A DNA stretch of 64,000 bases, taken from Eledone cirrhosa (lineage: Eukaryota). The translations under genes and the position numbers were made by a program. Where the stretch lies: NCBI GenBank assembly GCA_964016885.1, contig OZ024740.1, positions 342,364,001-342,428,000 on the forward strand, in the 5' to 3' direction. This document shows, one piece after another, positions 1-13,374 of the stretch. The notes below the pieces were generated by a model. The model ran no database searches. It saw only the letters and a list, made by a program, of their open reading frames with translations, and was not told the origin of the DNA. Within the stretch, counting starts at the first letter, position 1, and every line of letters starts with the position of its first letter.

Positions 1-205
1 CAGGGAGATTCAGTATCAAACAGTGAGTGATAAGGCTGGCCCCATGAATTACAGGTACAACCCATTTTTGTCAGTTGAGCATACTGAAGCAATGTAAAAT
101 AAAGTGTCTTGTTCAAGGACACAACACACTGCCAGTCAAAGAATCAAGCTCATGACCCTACAATCATGAGCCTAGCACTTTAACAACTAAGCCAAATGCC
201 TTCTC
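1..205 (-). mobile_element. Older tRNA-SINE family (head fragment)
   Basis: Motif caatgtgaaataaagtgtcttgctcaaggacac is shared with copies near 8250-8790, 38660-38965, 47160-47430 (+) and 53320-53570. Confidence 0.7.
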
Positions 206-524
206 AAGTAAAGTCAGATATTTATAGATGTAGACAGACTTATCTTTCTTCTTATAGATACCAAGTTTTATCAAGATTTTAATATATAGGTAGGCATGCC
301 GGTGTGGTTAAGAAGTTCTCAGTTAACTGCACTTTCATATTTAACCACACTACCATAGTTAACCACACTACCACAGTTGAGCACACTACTATCAATCAAT
401 ACCATTTGGATTTTAGACTACTGTAAAATTTGATAGAAATTACATATATAATATTTCGGACATTATTTATGGGCTGACCTGATACATTTCCACACTTATC
501 CACTTTTACAGCTGTTAAAAAAAC

Positions 525-1435
525 TTCATCATCATTATTATCATCATCACCACCACAACCACCACCACCACCACCACTCTAACTACCACTTCCACCACCA
601 CCACAATCACCACTACCACCACCACTATCACCATAACCACCACCATCACCACTCAAACCACAACTTCCACCACCACCACCACCACCACCACCACCACCAC
701 TCTAACTACCACTTCCACCACCACCACAATCACCACTACCACCACCACAATCACTACCACCACCACCATCACCACTCAAACCACAACTTCCACCACCACC
801 ACCACCACCACCACCACCACCACCACCACTCTAACTACCACTTCCACCACCACCACAATCACCACTACCACCACTACAATCACTACCACCACCACCATCA
901 CCACTCAAACCACAACTTCCACCACCACCACCACCACCACCACCACTCTAACTACCACTTCCACCACCACCACAATCACCACTACCACCACTACAATCAC
1001 TACCACCACCACCATCACCACTCAAACCACAACTTCCACCACTGCCACCACCACCACCACTCTAACTACCACTTCCACCACCACTATCACCATAACCACC
1101 ACATCACCATCACCACCACCACCATCACCTCTCAAACCACATGGTGATGATGATGATGGTGGTGGTGGTGGAAGTCACCACCAACACCACTCTAACTACC
1201 ACTTCCATCACCACCACCATCACCACCACCACTCTAACTACCACTTCCACCACTACCACAATCACCACTACCACCACCACTATCACCATCACCACCACCT
1301 CCATCACCACTCAAACCACAACTTCCACCACCACCACCACCATCACCACTCAAACCACAACTTCCACCACCACCACCACCTCCATCACCACTACCACCAC
1401 TACCACCACCTCAATCGTTATCATCATCCTCATCG
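525..1435. repeat. Degenerate (ACC)n low-complexity tract with about 120-bp higher-order repeats
   Basis: Recurring ctctaactaccacttcc and actcaaaccacaacttcc blocks. Confidence 0.9.
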
Positions 1436-1707
1436 TGTTACGTTCACTTTCCATACTGGCATGGGTTAAACTACTTACATTCAACAAAATAATTATAGCC
1501 CCCACCAAAAAAATACATATCTCACAAAGCAACATGATATATATACCTGCAATTACTCAACATGAGCAACAAACCAGATTAAAGGTATGGGCACCCTCAA
1601 ACACAATACCAGACATGTCAATTCTCCCCATCTGACACGGAGATCTCCCACCCACTTTGGGGTGGGTGAGAGATGTCTTCTCTTGTGAAAATGTGTATAG
1701 CTTACAT

Positions 1708-1895
1708 GCGGTGGATTGGCAGTATCAGTAGAGGATCGGACGCCATGCTTTCTAGCATAGTTACGTCCCTTTACGATCTGAGTTCAAATCCCGCCGAGGT
1801 TGACTTTGCCTTTCATCCTTACGGGGTCGATAAAATAAAGTACCAGTAATGCACTGGGTAATTGCTGGCCTTGTGCCTAAAATAGAAACAATTAT
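1708..1895 (+). mobile_element. tRNA-derived SINE (young family)
   Basis: A-box-like tggcagtatcag and B-box gagttcaaatcc. Near-identical copies at 13157, 39213 and 43526. Confidence 0.88.
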
Positions 1896-2282
1896 GTAAA
1901 ATTTCCTCATTTTGCCTCATTTCTCCCTGTTTTGGAGCACTTTTTTTCATGGTACTCCCTATTTGGGTTTTTAGAGGTTGGCAGGCCTGCAATACACCAA
2001 CACCACATACAACAGAAATAGCATTCAGCCTAAACATAAAACTAAACAACAAAATAACAAAAATAAATAAGTAAATAAAATAAATATTTGAAAAACAGAA
2101 AAGTGTCAAATATTTTTATCTGATATAAAATTCAGAACAAACAATAAAACTCTGTATAGAGTAATTAGCTTCATTATCATCTCCAACAACAGTGAAGACT
2201 ACATCACCTTCCATGTCACAATATTATAACTCTACAGTGGAGACTCTGATGTCATTGACCCTAGGACTACCTCCCTACTCAC

Positions 2283-2421
2283 CACCATTGACACAGAGTT
2301 GGCTAGCCGCAGGTGTGAGCCTCGCAAACTGAAATGGCTCTTCCAACGCGTCTCCCTCACCATCCTCCAAGCAAATGTCTTCTTTACTCTGTTCGCTGGG
2401 GCCATCAGGCAACCAGAGCAT
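2283..2421 (-). CDS. Possible coding exon of an unidentified minus-strand gene
   Basis: Non-repetitive island, richer in GC and CpG than its flanks. Open frame MLWLPDGPSEQSKEDICLEDGEGDALEEPFQFARLTPAASQLCVNG ends at a strong GTGAGT donor (2282-2277). No recognised domain. Confidence 0.35.
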
Positions 2422-2577
2422 GGGCCTCCATTTGTTTATAATAGTGAGAGATAGGGAGAGCAAAAGAAATGGAGACAGTGACAATGGGAATTTGATTCCA
2501 TTATGTTCAGACCTAATACATATGCATATATTTATTTACCACACCATATATAAATTCTATTCCATATTAACCAAATA

Positions 2578-2800
2578 TTAACCCTTTAGTATTTACATTA
2601 CTCTATATTTGCTACTGTATTTTCATGGTAAATGTTTTAGTGCACATAAACATCTCACATAATATTGAATCTATGAGATTTTGATGTTATTTATTTTGAG
2701 AACAATACATTAACATCAGTATGAGCAGCCAATTACAGCCGATTTGAACAGGTGAGAGAATTCTGGCCGGATATGGCTGGTTTAAATGCTAAAGGATTAA
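2578..2800 (+). mobile_element. piggyBac-like MITE (TTAA TSD)
   Basis: TTAA-CCCTTTAG..TTTA ... TAAATGCTAAAGG-TTAA. Four copies in the window. Confidence 0.85.
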
Positions 2801-3184
2801 TGTTAAGAAGATAACTTCTCTGTTTGTTTGTTTTTTATTTGTCTTTGCGGCATTGTCAGTAATGAATTATAAACTGAATAATGCAACTCTACAGTTGTCA
2901 CTGACAATCGAGTATCACTTAGTATGTATCTTACTTTTACTAAGAGTTTTTGGTCCTCATTCAGTTGTGAATAGACACAAGCACACTTTTGACCCTCACT
3001 CTCTTGATCCAGTGGAACATTCAGGATGTGACAGCTATAGAAGGAGAGAGGGTTACACCAACATTGGGTTAGTATTTCCTTTATATGAAAGATGAAAGAC
3101 TAAGTGGATCTCAGTAGGATTTAGACTCAGAATGCAGAGACCAGAAACAAATATCGAATGCCCTAACAATTCTCCCAAATCAGT

Positions 3185-3521
3185 TACTCTCAGGTCTGGA
3201 ATAATTGTCCCCACTCCACTTATTAATTTTTCATACAGCCCCCCCCCCGCCCCTTATGAAAATTTGCTTATCTATCTCCAGCGAAATTTTATTGTAAGGG
3301 AATCATATTGATACAGCAGCTAGAGAATCTAATAATAATTTCATTTTACATTAAAAAACATTATTATACGACAAAAAAAGAGCATTACCAGAAATCCCAT
3401 ATTTACAAACATACGCTACACAATTACCCCCCACCCCTACGCACTTACAATAAGAACTTAAAAAAATGTCCAACCCCCCCATTTATTCCCCCCCCCCCCT
3501 GTTATTTGGGACCCTAGAATA
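3185..3521. mobile_element. TA-flanked MITE-like DNA element
   Basis: Imperfect TIRs tactctcaggtctggaataa / ttatttgggaccctagaata. Confidence 0.5.
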
Positions 3522-5289
3522 CCTTATGTCACAATGACATCTCCAAATAACATATATACACTCTAACACCAAACAAATGCCATTTCCAGACATTTTTTAA
3601 AAAGTAGGCCATGCAAAGCTACGCAAGGAAAACAGGAATATAAAATGAAAAATATGCATATTCCTCGTTGACCATGTTTTTTATCCCTTTCTTCCACCAG
3701 ACACATCAAAACCAATAACAAAATTTAAAACCACAAAAGTATGATAACATCCCAACATGCACCTATCTCAGCCTGAAGAAATAAACAGTCATTCACATTC
3801 TCTTATCATTCTCAAGAAACAGGCGAAACAGCATAGGAACCTGGCTACACAATAACACACTAGATAGCAGCTACCACTGTCTCTCTTCTTACTAGCAACA
3901 GCAGATACAACAAATACAACAACAACTACACTCAGAAACAAAATCATACCACACATATATGTATGTATGGACCTGTAACTCCTAATAAAGGTAAAGGGCT
4001 GCTCCTAATAAATGTAAAGGACAGCATGTCTTGGGCATTGAAGCCTGGCAGAGTCCATTCCTTTACAGGTCTTAATACAGCTGATTTCTTCCAGAGAAGG
4101 AAATAGAGTGAGGGAGAGAAGTGAAAAGAGATATAGATGAAGAATTTCCCAAAACTGGACTGGTACTTTTTTTTATTAACTTTGAAACAAGGAAAGGTAA
4201 AGTTGACCTCAGTGAGATTTGAACTCAGAGAACACAGAGAGCTGGAATGAATACTACAAAGCATTCTATCTGTCTTTTCACACCACACATACAAAAGACA
4301 AAAATACAAGGAGTTACATACCCTACCACTACAATATTAACAGCACACATTAGGCGACATAGTAAGGAGAACAAAGCAACACACACATATTTGGAGAAAT
4401 CACAAGCCAACAAAAGGAAACAACAATAATTCTGTACAAACAGTACAGTAGATCCAACATGGGCTATGCCAGTTCTGTCTGGGCCCTAAATCTCTCCATA
4501 ATAAACTACAAAGAACACACAACACTACATTTGATATCATCACAGATTGTATACAAACAGCTCCATTGACCAATGATGAGATTGAACCAAGGACCACATC
4601 ATTGTAAAGTCAACTTCTTATACACACAGCCATGCCTGTGCCCTTAACACTTTGTCCCAGTTTATACTGTTCTAATATTAAGAAACTAATTTTTTTCATA
4701 TCCCAGTCTTATCTTTCTGCACTACTGATTAATACATCTTCTGTTTGATAAGTCAACTATATTAACATCATTTAAGAAATCTTTCCCAATTCACTTTCTA
4801 TAGCTTTATTCTGCTAGATATACAATCCTGCCTTATTGGAGTGAACATAATATATATCAGCTGTATTTTGGATAAAGTTTTTGGAAAGGGATGTTATTCT
4901 TTGAAAGTGAATCCCTTAAAGCATCTTTTATTTATCAAGAGTTCCTGCTAATTAACTAGAAGTAGTTTACAAATTGTCTGTCCATATTGACGCCATAGAG
5001 ATTTTCTTTATTTACAAAGACAGGACGTGTGATATTTGTGAGGTTTGTGGCAGTGAAAGGCCAATGCATGTAATAGATAGGGAAGAATTAGAACAAGAAT
5101 CAACTTGATGTTATAGCTCTAAATTAAAATAAAACCAGATTTTTTATTAGACTATGTAAGTCTATGTGAATACATTCCAGCCTATACTAAAATGTTGCTA
5201 CAATATTAGTGAATGATTGAATTTATTATGTCTATTTAATAAACCATAGCTGTTCAAATAATCATTTTCATGGCCATAGACATTGTGGC

Positions 5290-5518
5290 TTAACCCTTTA
5301 GCCTTTACATTACTCTATATTTACTACTGTATTTTCATGGTAAAGGCTTTACCTTACATAATTATCTCATATAATATTGAATCTATGAGATTTTGATATT
5401 ATTAATTTTGAGAACAATGCCTTAACATCAATATGAGTGGCCAGTTGCAGCTGGTTTGAGCAGAAAGTGGTGAGAGAATTCTGGCCAGATATGACTGGTT
5501 TAGATGCTAAATGGTTAA
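5290..5518 (+). mobile_element. piggyBac-like MITE
   Basis: Same family, TTAA at both ends. Confidence 0.85.
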
Positions 5519-6404
5519 ATTATGTTTGCTGTATTATGCAGTCATGGTTGTGTGGTTAAGAAATTTGTTTCACAACTATGCTGTTTCAGGTATGATCTCA
5601 CTGTGCTGCACTTTGGGCAAGTATCTTCTTTCATAGCCTTAGGTTACCAAAGCCTTGTGAATAAAATTAGGTACATAGTCAGCATACAGTTGGTGTTGTT
5701 ATAGTTTAGTCATAGACATATGGCATGCAGGTAGTCAATCAAACAACTAGGGACAACTCAGGTCCATTATTCCAGATGTATCATATCTCTACACAGCTGA
5801 GGATCATACTACACACCCAACATTCCAATACCCTTTTGATACCAAACTGCCTGAAACCTCTCCTGGTTTTGTTACAAATATGTTTGTTTTAAAATGTTTA
5901 TATTTAACTAAAATCTTTCTGTCATAATTTTATATAACAACCCTTGTTAAGTTATGTTCTAAATACTAGCTTGATAATGAGAATGTTAGGCTATAGTAGA
6001 AAAGACTTGTTCAAAGCATCACTCAGTGAGATAGAACTTGAAACTACATAACTGCACAGCCATGCCTACAGTCATATGGATTGTGAAATATGGGTAGGGA
6101 TAAAACCACATAGTTGCAAAGCAAACTTCTTAACCACACAGCCATGCCTGCAGCTATATAGATTGTGAAATATGGGTAGGGATAGCAGAATAGTGTTATT
6201 GAGAAGAAATGAGATAAGTGTAGTTTAATACGTAATATAAATATGAGAGACATGTTACATGATGCTAGTTATATAAACAACCAGTGGAAATGTTTATGTG
6301 GTTCATGCATAAAGGGAAAATGATAGTATTGAATTAAATCGTTAGAAATACAAAAGTACATCATGCTTAAGAAGTTTATCATTAAATTTGGTATTAAGGA
6401 AGCT

Positions 6405-6900
6405 TTCTTTTTCTCTTCTTTTTCTTCTTCTTTGCCCACTTATTTCTGAGAAGGTCGTGGGGGCACAATCCTCAAACACACTTTTCAGCTGGTCTTGTCA
6501 GGAGCAACCATCTCTAATTGATTCAGCTGGATCTCCAAGTGAGACAGCCGAGCTCATGGATGTTATCCAACCAGCTTGCTCAGAGTCGTACAGTTGGGTT
6601 CCATAGGTAAGATTTGGCACAAATACCAAATTGAAGATAGCAAGTTTGGCTTTTTATATCTACCTCCTTTTTCTGATTATCAAATACTGAAGCTGGCACT
6701 TTACTGCACCAGCTCCTGCAATTCTTGCACTTAATTCAGTCTCCTGCCTTCCATCACTCGTGAACATGGCACCTAGACACTTCAACTTCTCCACTTGCTT
6801 CAGTTGCTTTAGTGAAACTCCACTCACATGTAGAGTGCACATTTGAAAGGACAAACACCTCAGTCTTCACAGCACTGATTTTCATTCCAGCCATGCAGAG
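6405..6900 (-). mobile_element. RTE-like LINE remnant, family B ((GAA)n tail)
   Basis: Homologous to 33792-34168 and 58403-59110. Translates QVEKLKCLGAMFTSDGRQETELSARIAGA. Confidence 0.7.
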
Positions 6901-7467
6901 GAGAAGGAGAAGAGTGAAGAGGAAGGGAATGATGATGATTATGATTATTAATTTTGCCAATTGCCAAAAATGTAGAAAGAGTTAGATACTACAGCCTGCA
7001 AGTTTGATCTATTATAATCCATGCAATGACTCAGAGGCTGGCCCAATGCTGTTGATCACACAAATGCATGACATAGATAAAAAGAAAAAAGATAACATTC
7101 ATATCCATTTCTACTCTCTTTAGTTTATGTCAATGTCCTTCTTCAGTCTTTGAAATATAATGACTGTGACTATCTAGTCAGTTAGCTGCAGTCAGAGATG
7201 GAAATTTGACAGAAATGGTTTATGTAAAGGAAACTGGAGAATCAGTAATAGTCTTAACATCCTGTGCTGTATGAAACTGCATTAACAAGACATTCTTAAC
7301 AAAAAGCAAACAAAAAACTACACTATGACTGCATCACATTGAAAATTTATGTATTTTCTGTAATGTTGCAAACTTTCATGAAGATTTGTCTAATAGTAAA
7401 GATACTACAAGCATTTGAATTAACAAACCCACTTTTAGATATTTTCTATTAAATGATTACAGTATAT

Positions 7468-8220
7468 ATAAGTATGTATACGTACATACATATATGTATA
7501 CAAACGTATATATATATACATACATGCACACATATATATATGTACGTATGGATTCACCGGCTTAATTCACGGCTTAATACGGGATGTTTGTTTACAAAAC
7601 ACCGAGCATTATAATAAATGTTCGGTGAATCCATACGTACATATATATATGTGTGTATGTATGTATATATATATATATATACATACTACTGTACGTCTGT
7701 ATACATATATGTATGTACGTATACATACTTATATTTAAGTAACAGCCGTACTAAGAGTGGGAAATGAAATTTCCTTTTATTTTTTTCCGTTTTATCGTTT
7801 TCGGTGCACCCGGCCGATTAACCCACTCGATATGCAAATTAGGCTGCTCAGCTGTTAATATGCATAAGAAAGTATATACTTTCAGATGTTCAATCATCTG
7901 GCAGGAAGGTATACATTGCTGACGATAGCTAATAAGCTTGAAACTAGTACAGCGTTCCTTTGTCAGTGTTGAACAAACGAGCAACGATGGTTGCTGGACA
8001 CTACGGCTTAATACGGAATGTTTGTTTACAAACACACTGAGCATTATAATAAATGTTCGGTGAATCCATATGTACATATATATATGTGTGCATGTATGTA
8101 TATATAAATATATACATACTACTGTACGTCTGTATACATATATGTATGTACGTATACATATTTATATTTAAGTAACAGCCGTACTAAGAGTGGGAAATGA
8201 AATTTTGTTTCATTTTTTCC
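7468..8220 (+). mobile_element. Non-autonomous Penelope-like/retrozyme insertion with hammerhead, partial tandem and 5' inversion
   Basis: TSD gattacagtatat at 7455-7467 and 8221-8233. Direct repeat with period 434 (starting 7569 and 8003). 7467-7559 is inverted relative to 7623-7733. Hammerhead motif at 7915-7953. Confidence 0.75.
7915..7953 (+). ncRNA. Minimal type-I hammerhead ribozyme motif
   Basis: ttg-CTGACGA-t-AGCT-aata-AGCT-t-GAAA-CTAG-TA/cag. Palindromic stem III. Predicted cleavage after A7949. Stem I is weak. Confidence 0.65.
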
Positions 8221-8466
8221 GATTACAGTATATTAAGAGTTAAACTAGTGTGTTTGTGTTGAACTCGATCAGTTTTGACAAGAGATGTTCCAGTTGTTTG
8301 AACAATAGAACAGCCTGCTCATGAGAATGTGTAAGTGGCTGAGCATTCCACCGAAACATGCAACATTAATGTAGTTTTCAGGACCTCTATTGGCCATAAT
8401 GACAAGTGCTTCAGTTGATTGATCTATGGGACAAATTGGTTGTGAAATTAATAGACATGTGTATCC

Positions 8467-8682
8467 TTAACCCATTAGCATTTAAACTGGCCATATCCGG
8501 CCAGAATTCTCTCATCTCTTTCTGTTCAAACCAGCCATGACCGGCCACTCATACTGACATTAAGGTATTGTTCTCAAAATAAATAATATCAAAATCTCAT
8601 AGATTCGATACTATGTGAGATAAAGTCTTTACCGTGAAAATACAATAGAATATATAGAGTAATGTAAATGCTAAAGGGTTAA
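8467..8682 (-). mobile_element. piggyBac-like MITE inserted into a SINE
   Basis: Same family. It splits a SINE at a duplicated TTAA (compare the unsplit SINE near 38740-38770). Confidence 0.88.
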
Positions 8683-9440
8683 CCTAATTCTCAGTGTGTG
8701 GCATGTCTGGCACTTTGAATTACTGGTACAGGTCATTTTTACCAGCTGAGTGAACCAATGCAATGTGAAATAAAATGTCATGCACAGTTATTTCTGCTAA
8801 AATAATTTTAGTAAATCTCTCAAAATACTTAATTAATTAATTGAAATATAGTTTATTTCAGTAGAAATATAGTCATGAAATAGCTAATCACAAGGGTATG
8901 CACCAATATGAGGCTGGGCCTACGTGAAATTATTTCTCTGGGACATCAAGGAATTTGAAATGAAAATTAGTTACATTACAACACTGTGTCCATTAATGGT
9001 GCAGTTTAACTGACTTAACGACACAGTTTATACTCCCTGGTGTAACAGAATTACTGCAGGAAGAGGGAAGAGGAGAGTGGGAAGGGAATTAAAGAGGACA
9101 GAGAAGAAGAGGTAGAGAAGTGGGAAAAAGGAAAAAAATGAAAAAAATGATGGAAAAGGGGAGAGGGGAAAGTTTTAATTTTTTTTTTTTTTTTTGTTTT
9201 TGACATGTTTGTTTATGTTAAAATTATTTCAGTTTGAGGAGAACAGTAAAGTATTTAAGAGATGAGAGATGTCATTTCGTTTCTCCTCTTTCCACAGCAT
9301 TTTCACTCTGCAATGAGATAATGCACATTCTGTGTACTTTTGATGGCTTGGGGACAGTTGAAAAGTCATTAGAAAGTGTGGGAAGGAGTGGGTGGCTGAA
9401 GAAACTATACATATGCAACTTTTGTTTGTATATATATATA

Positions 9441-9482
<42 letters not shown>

Positions 9483-9544
9483 GTAGTATAAGTTTGGCAG
9501 AAATATTCAAGAGTAAGACCATTCAGTCCATAGGACAAATTAAG

Positions 9545-9760
9545 TATAATTAATTACAACAGTGGCATATACAGGTACTTAAGTTTCATTGGGTTATATA
9601 CCTCACCTCATTCAGTTTGTTATATAAAAAAGATGGCTACTCTCACTGTTAATTGGAGTGGGAGTAGCCATCTTTTTTATATAGCAGGTGGAATGAGTTG
9701 GGTTTATAACCCAACAAAACTTAAGTACGTGTATATGTCACTGTTGTAACTAATTATATA
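9545..9760. mobile_element. Foldback element with a degenerate hammerhead in each arm
   Basis: Arms about 9545-9647 and 9657-9759. Consensus of the two arms: gcagg-CTGAATGA-GTTGGGTT-tat-AACCCAAC-GAAA-CTTAAG-TA-cctgt. Confidence 0.6.
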
Positions 9761-10224
9761 TATATGTATGTACATCATCATCATCACTGTTTAACATCCA
9801 TTTTTCCACGCTAACATGGGTTAGATGAATTATTTCATTTTTTGAGGCAAGTCAGATCAGGTGAGTCTGTCTTGCTCATACAGAACTGTTTCTGGCTTGG
9901 TTTCTACAGCTGGATGCCCTTCCTAATGTCAACCACAAGTGCTAATTATATGCAAATTAATATGTCCATTTCAGAATAATACAAGCAAATGGGTATATAT
10001 ACCCATCAAATACATCCTTCCTTGTGGTTGATTGGATGATATACATGATTTTGTTCAATAAAATCTGAAAATCAATTAAAGATGTTTATCATGTTTTCAA
10101 TTTACAGGGAAATTCCTATTTTCTGGCATGTTTACATGTGAACAAATTAGATGTGTTCATATATATTTATACACTTTGGTGCAGTCTCAGTTACATACTC
10201 TGTATTTATACAGATTTAACTTTA

Positions 10225-10265
<41 letters not shown>

Positions 10266-10432
10266 TGTTTAACGTCCATCTTCCATGCTAGCATATATAT
10301 ATATATATATATACATATATAAACTTACACTAATATTATGCTACAAAAATACTACAATTAAAAACTTTCTTAGTAATAACAAACCACAAGGATTTATAAG
10401 CTGTAACTGACCAATGTGATTTATATAAATGA

Positions 10433-12237
10433 TATAGAGGCATTAAATTAATCGACCAGGTCATGAAGGTCACAGAAAAAGTAATAGCGCAACTAATAGA
10501 GAGAGAATTGACCTAGATGAAATGCAGTTCGGGTTTGTGTCAGGTAAAAGTACCACAGACGCTCTTTTCATTGTACGACAACTACAGGAGAAGTACCTAG
10601 CTAAAAGTAAACCCCTATACTTAGCTTTTGTCGACTTGGAGAAAGCCTTCGACAGAGTCCCCCATTCCATTATCTAGTGGGTTCTTAGAAAACTAGGTGT
10701 TGATGAATGGCTTGTGAGAGCTATACAAGCCATGTATAAAGAAACAGTCAGCAAGGTTAGAATTAACAACAAATATAGTGAAGAGTTTAGCGTAAAAGTT
10801 GGTGTTCATCAGGGCTCCGTTCTTAGCCCCCTACTATTTATTATTGCCCTTCAGGCTATAACAGTGGAGTTCAAGACCGGCTGCCCATGGGAACTCCTAT
10901 ACGCAGATGATCTAACGCTCATAGCTGAATCAATGGCCGAACTAGAGAAGAAATTCCAAACATGGAAGCATGGCCTAGAAGCAAAAGGCCTTAAAATTAA
11001 CCTGTCTAAGACTAAAGTTCTAGTTTGTAGGAAGGAAAATAGGGCGCCGGTCCCATCCGGGAAATGGCCATACTCAGTGTGTAGGAAAGGAGTAGGTAGA
11101 AACTCCATTTTATGTCCCAAATGCAAAGTATGGGTGCATAAAAGATGTAGTGGAATCACAGGTAAGCTAACTAAGAACATAGATTTTATATGTGGCCGGT
11201 GCTCTGGTGCAATAAGTAGCAGCAAGTGCTCACAGAATACTAGCTCATTCCATTGCACAGATGGTTCTATAGAAATAGTGGACAGCTTCCGTTACCTGGG
11301 TGACAAAATCAGCAGGGGGGGGGGGTGCTCTGAAAGTACAGTAGCTAGAGTCAGAACTGGATGGAAAAAGTTCAGAGAGCTTATACCACTATTAGCCGCT
11401 AAAGGGTTCTCCCTAAAAATGAAAGGCAGGTTGTATGATGCCTGCATACGAACAGCAATGTTGCATAGCAGTGAGACCTGGGCATTGTGTGGAGAGGATA
11501 TACGCAGACTGGAGAGGAACGAAGCTTGCATGCTCCGCTGGATGTGTAATAGTAATATACGTGAACGGCAAAGCATAAATGAACTAAGGGAAAAATTAGA
11601 AATAAGAGGGATCAGATGTTGTTTACTCGAGAGAAGACTACGTTGGTATGGTCACGTGATGCGCATGAAAGACGACAGCTGTATAAAAAAGTGCAGGGCA
11701 ATAAAAATAGACGGTAGCCACGGAGTAGGCAGACCCAGAAAAACCTGGGACAACTTGATAAATTCTGACCTCACACACTCTCCAAGACAATGTCACTGGA
11801 CCGAGATCTTTGGCGCTACACAGTAATACAGAAATACAGAAGCCCCGCCTTACCTAAGTACAAAGTGAAACCTACTACAGTCAGTAGGCACCTCTAACAA
11901 AATACTCCCCCGTCCCACTACCCACACCCCATCCACACCACCCCTTTCAATGTAAAGTTATGTTGGTACCACAACATCCAGCCCGAAACAAATGAGGTCG
12001 TGTAGGTGTCACGACAAAAAAACACACAGTCCACGCTGTAATGTGGCCGTGTAGGTAACACGGTAAAAACCTCCCAGTTCACACTGTAAACATGGTTGGT
12101 GTTAGGAAGGGCATCCAGCCATAGAAAACCCGCCAGACAGTCCTATGCGAGCAAGACAACCACTCTTACCTCAGTGGGAAAACTCCCGTCCAAACCCATG
12201 CAAGCGTGGAACATTGACGTTAAACGATGATGATGAT
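10433..12237 (+). mobile_element. RTE-clade LINE, 5'-truncated, degenerate (family A)
   Basis: RT motifs YRGIKL, QFGF, FVDLEKAFDRVP, GVHQGSVLSPLLF, YADD, FRYLG, RWYGHV, GRPRKTW. Stop at 10675 and a frameshift near 10497. The 3' UTR ends in a (GAT)n tail. Confidence 0.93.
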
Positions 12238-13156
12238 TGCAAGTGTGAAAATTGTAAATTTCACAATTCCAACTGTTATATTGGCCCCACAGCTTAATGG
12301 TAAGGGTTTATGATCGCAGTTCTTGAGATTCGATTTCTGGACCAAGTGGCACATATTTTTGAGCAAAATATTTCACTCCACATTGTACCAGTCTAATTAG
12401 CTGAAAATGATTACCGGCAATAGCAGATGAAGTTTAAATCTGTGACAGACTGACAGACTGGCATCTCATTCAGGAGAGAGTCTTGTCTTTTTAGTCACAT
12501 AATGCCTATGGAACCAGGATAAGCTCTGGCCTGATAGGCCTCCAGTCTTGAGGCAGACTTTAACATTTAAAAAAATAAATACAACACTCTCCCACCAGCT
12601 CACCATGCTTACAAAATGGAACAATTGCAATGCACTACATGCATCACACAACACAAAACTGAACTAAATAGGAAAACATTAATGGACAACACATCTATAC
12701 TCCACAAAAATGATGCCCACAAAAATGATGATTAATGATGGAAGCAATACTCATAATACAGTACATTGTTAAAATAAACATAGACATCTTATACTGTCCA
12801 CAAACAAAAATAAACACCTGACTGATGATATATAAATCTAAGGCTCAAAAAATCAATCTCTTGCAGTAGTGTCAACAACAATCACAATCCTTCTACCTAC
12901 CAAAAAGTGGTAGCAACACACCAACATCCCGTCACCCTGAAGATGAAACTTTGAAGGTCTAAAAATATTGAAAAAATGCCTGATAAAAAAAGAGAAAAAC
13001 TAGAACAGAGTTGTGTTTTCAATTTATACACATAAAGAGAGAGAGAGGATACAGAAATGGTGGGTGAGATGACAGAGGGGTAGAGAAGTTTTTGAAGAAT
13101 TTCTCTCAACTTGATTCTTTTAGTGTCAATGAATGATTGACATTATTGTGTTACAT

Positions 13157-13345
13157 GGCAGTGGATTGGCAGTATCGGTAGAGGGTCGGACGCCATGCTT
13201 TCCAGCATAGTTACGTCCCTTTACGATCTGAGTTCAAATCCCGCCGAGGTTGACTTTGCCTTTCATCCTTACGGGGTCGATAAAATAAAGTACCAGTAAT
13301 GCACTGGGTAATTGCTGGCCTTGTGCCTAAAGTAGAAACAATTAT
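13157..13345 (+). mobile_element. tRNA-derived SINE with target-site duplication
   Basis: Same family as 1708. Flanked by attattgtgtta(c/t)at at 13142-13156 and 13341-13355. Confidence 0.92.
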
Positions 13346-13374
13346 TGTGTTATATTACATACTACAGGAGAGAT

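Noticed and set aside
1125-1635. Thr-rich mucin-like ORF, and similar Val-, His-, Asp- or IY-rich ORFs at 13511, 16408, 16983, 32828, 35379, 44817 and 48257
   Set aside because: These are translations of microsatellite or low-complexity DNA with no splice or domain support.
10851-11576. Antisense ORFs over RTE and CR1 copies (also 27393, 27867, 28484, 41300, 41624)
   Set aside because: These are shadow frames of LINE coding sequence. They recur only because the element is repeated.
12901-12936. 36-nt minus-strand micro-exon (cttcag acceptor, gtaggt donor)
   Set aside because: The splice signals are plausible but common by chance, and there is no further support.
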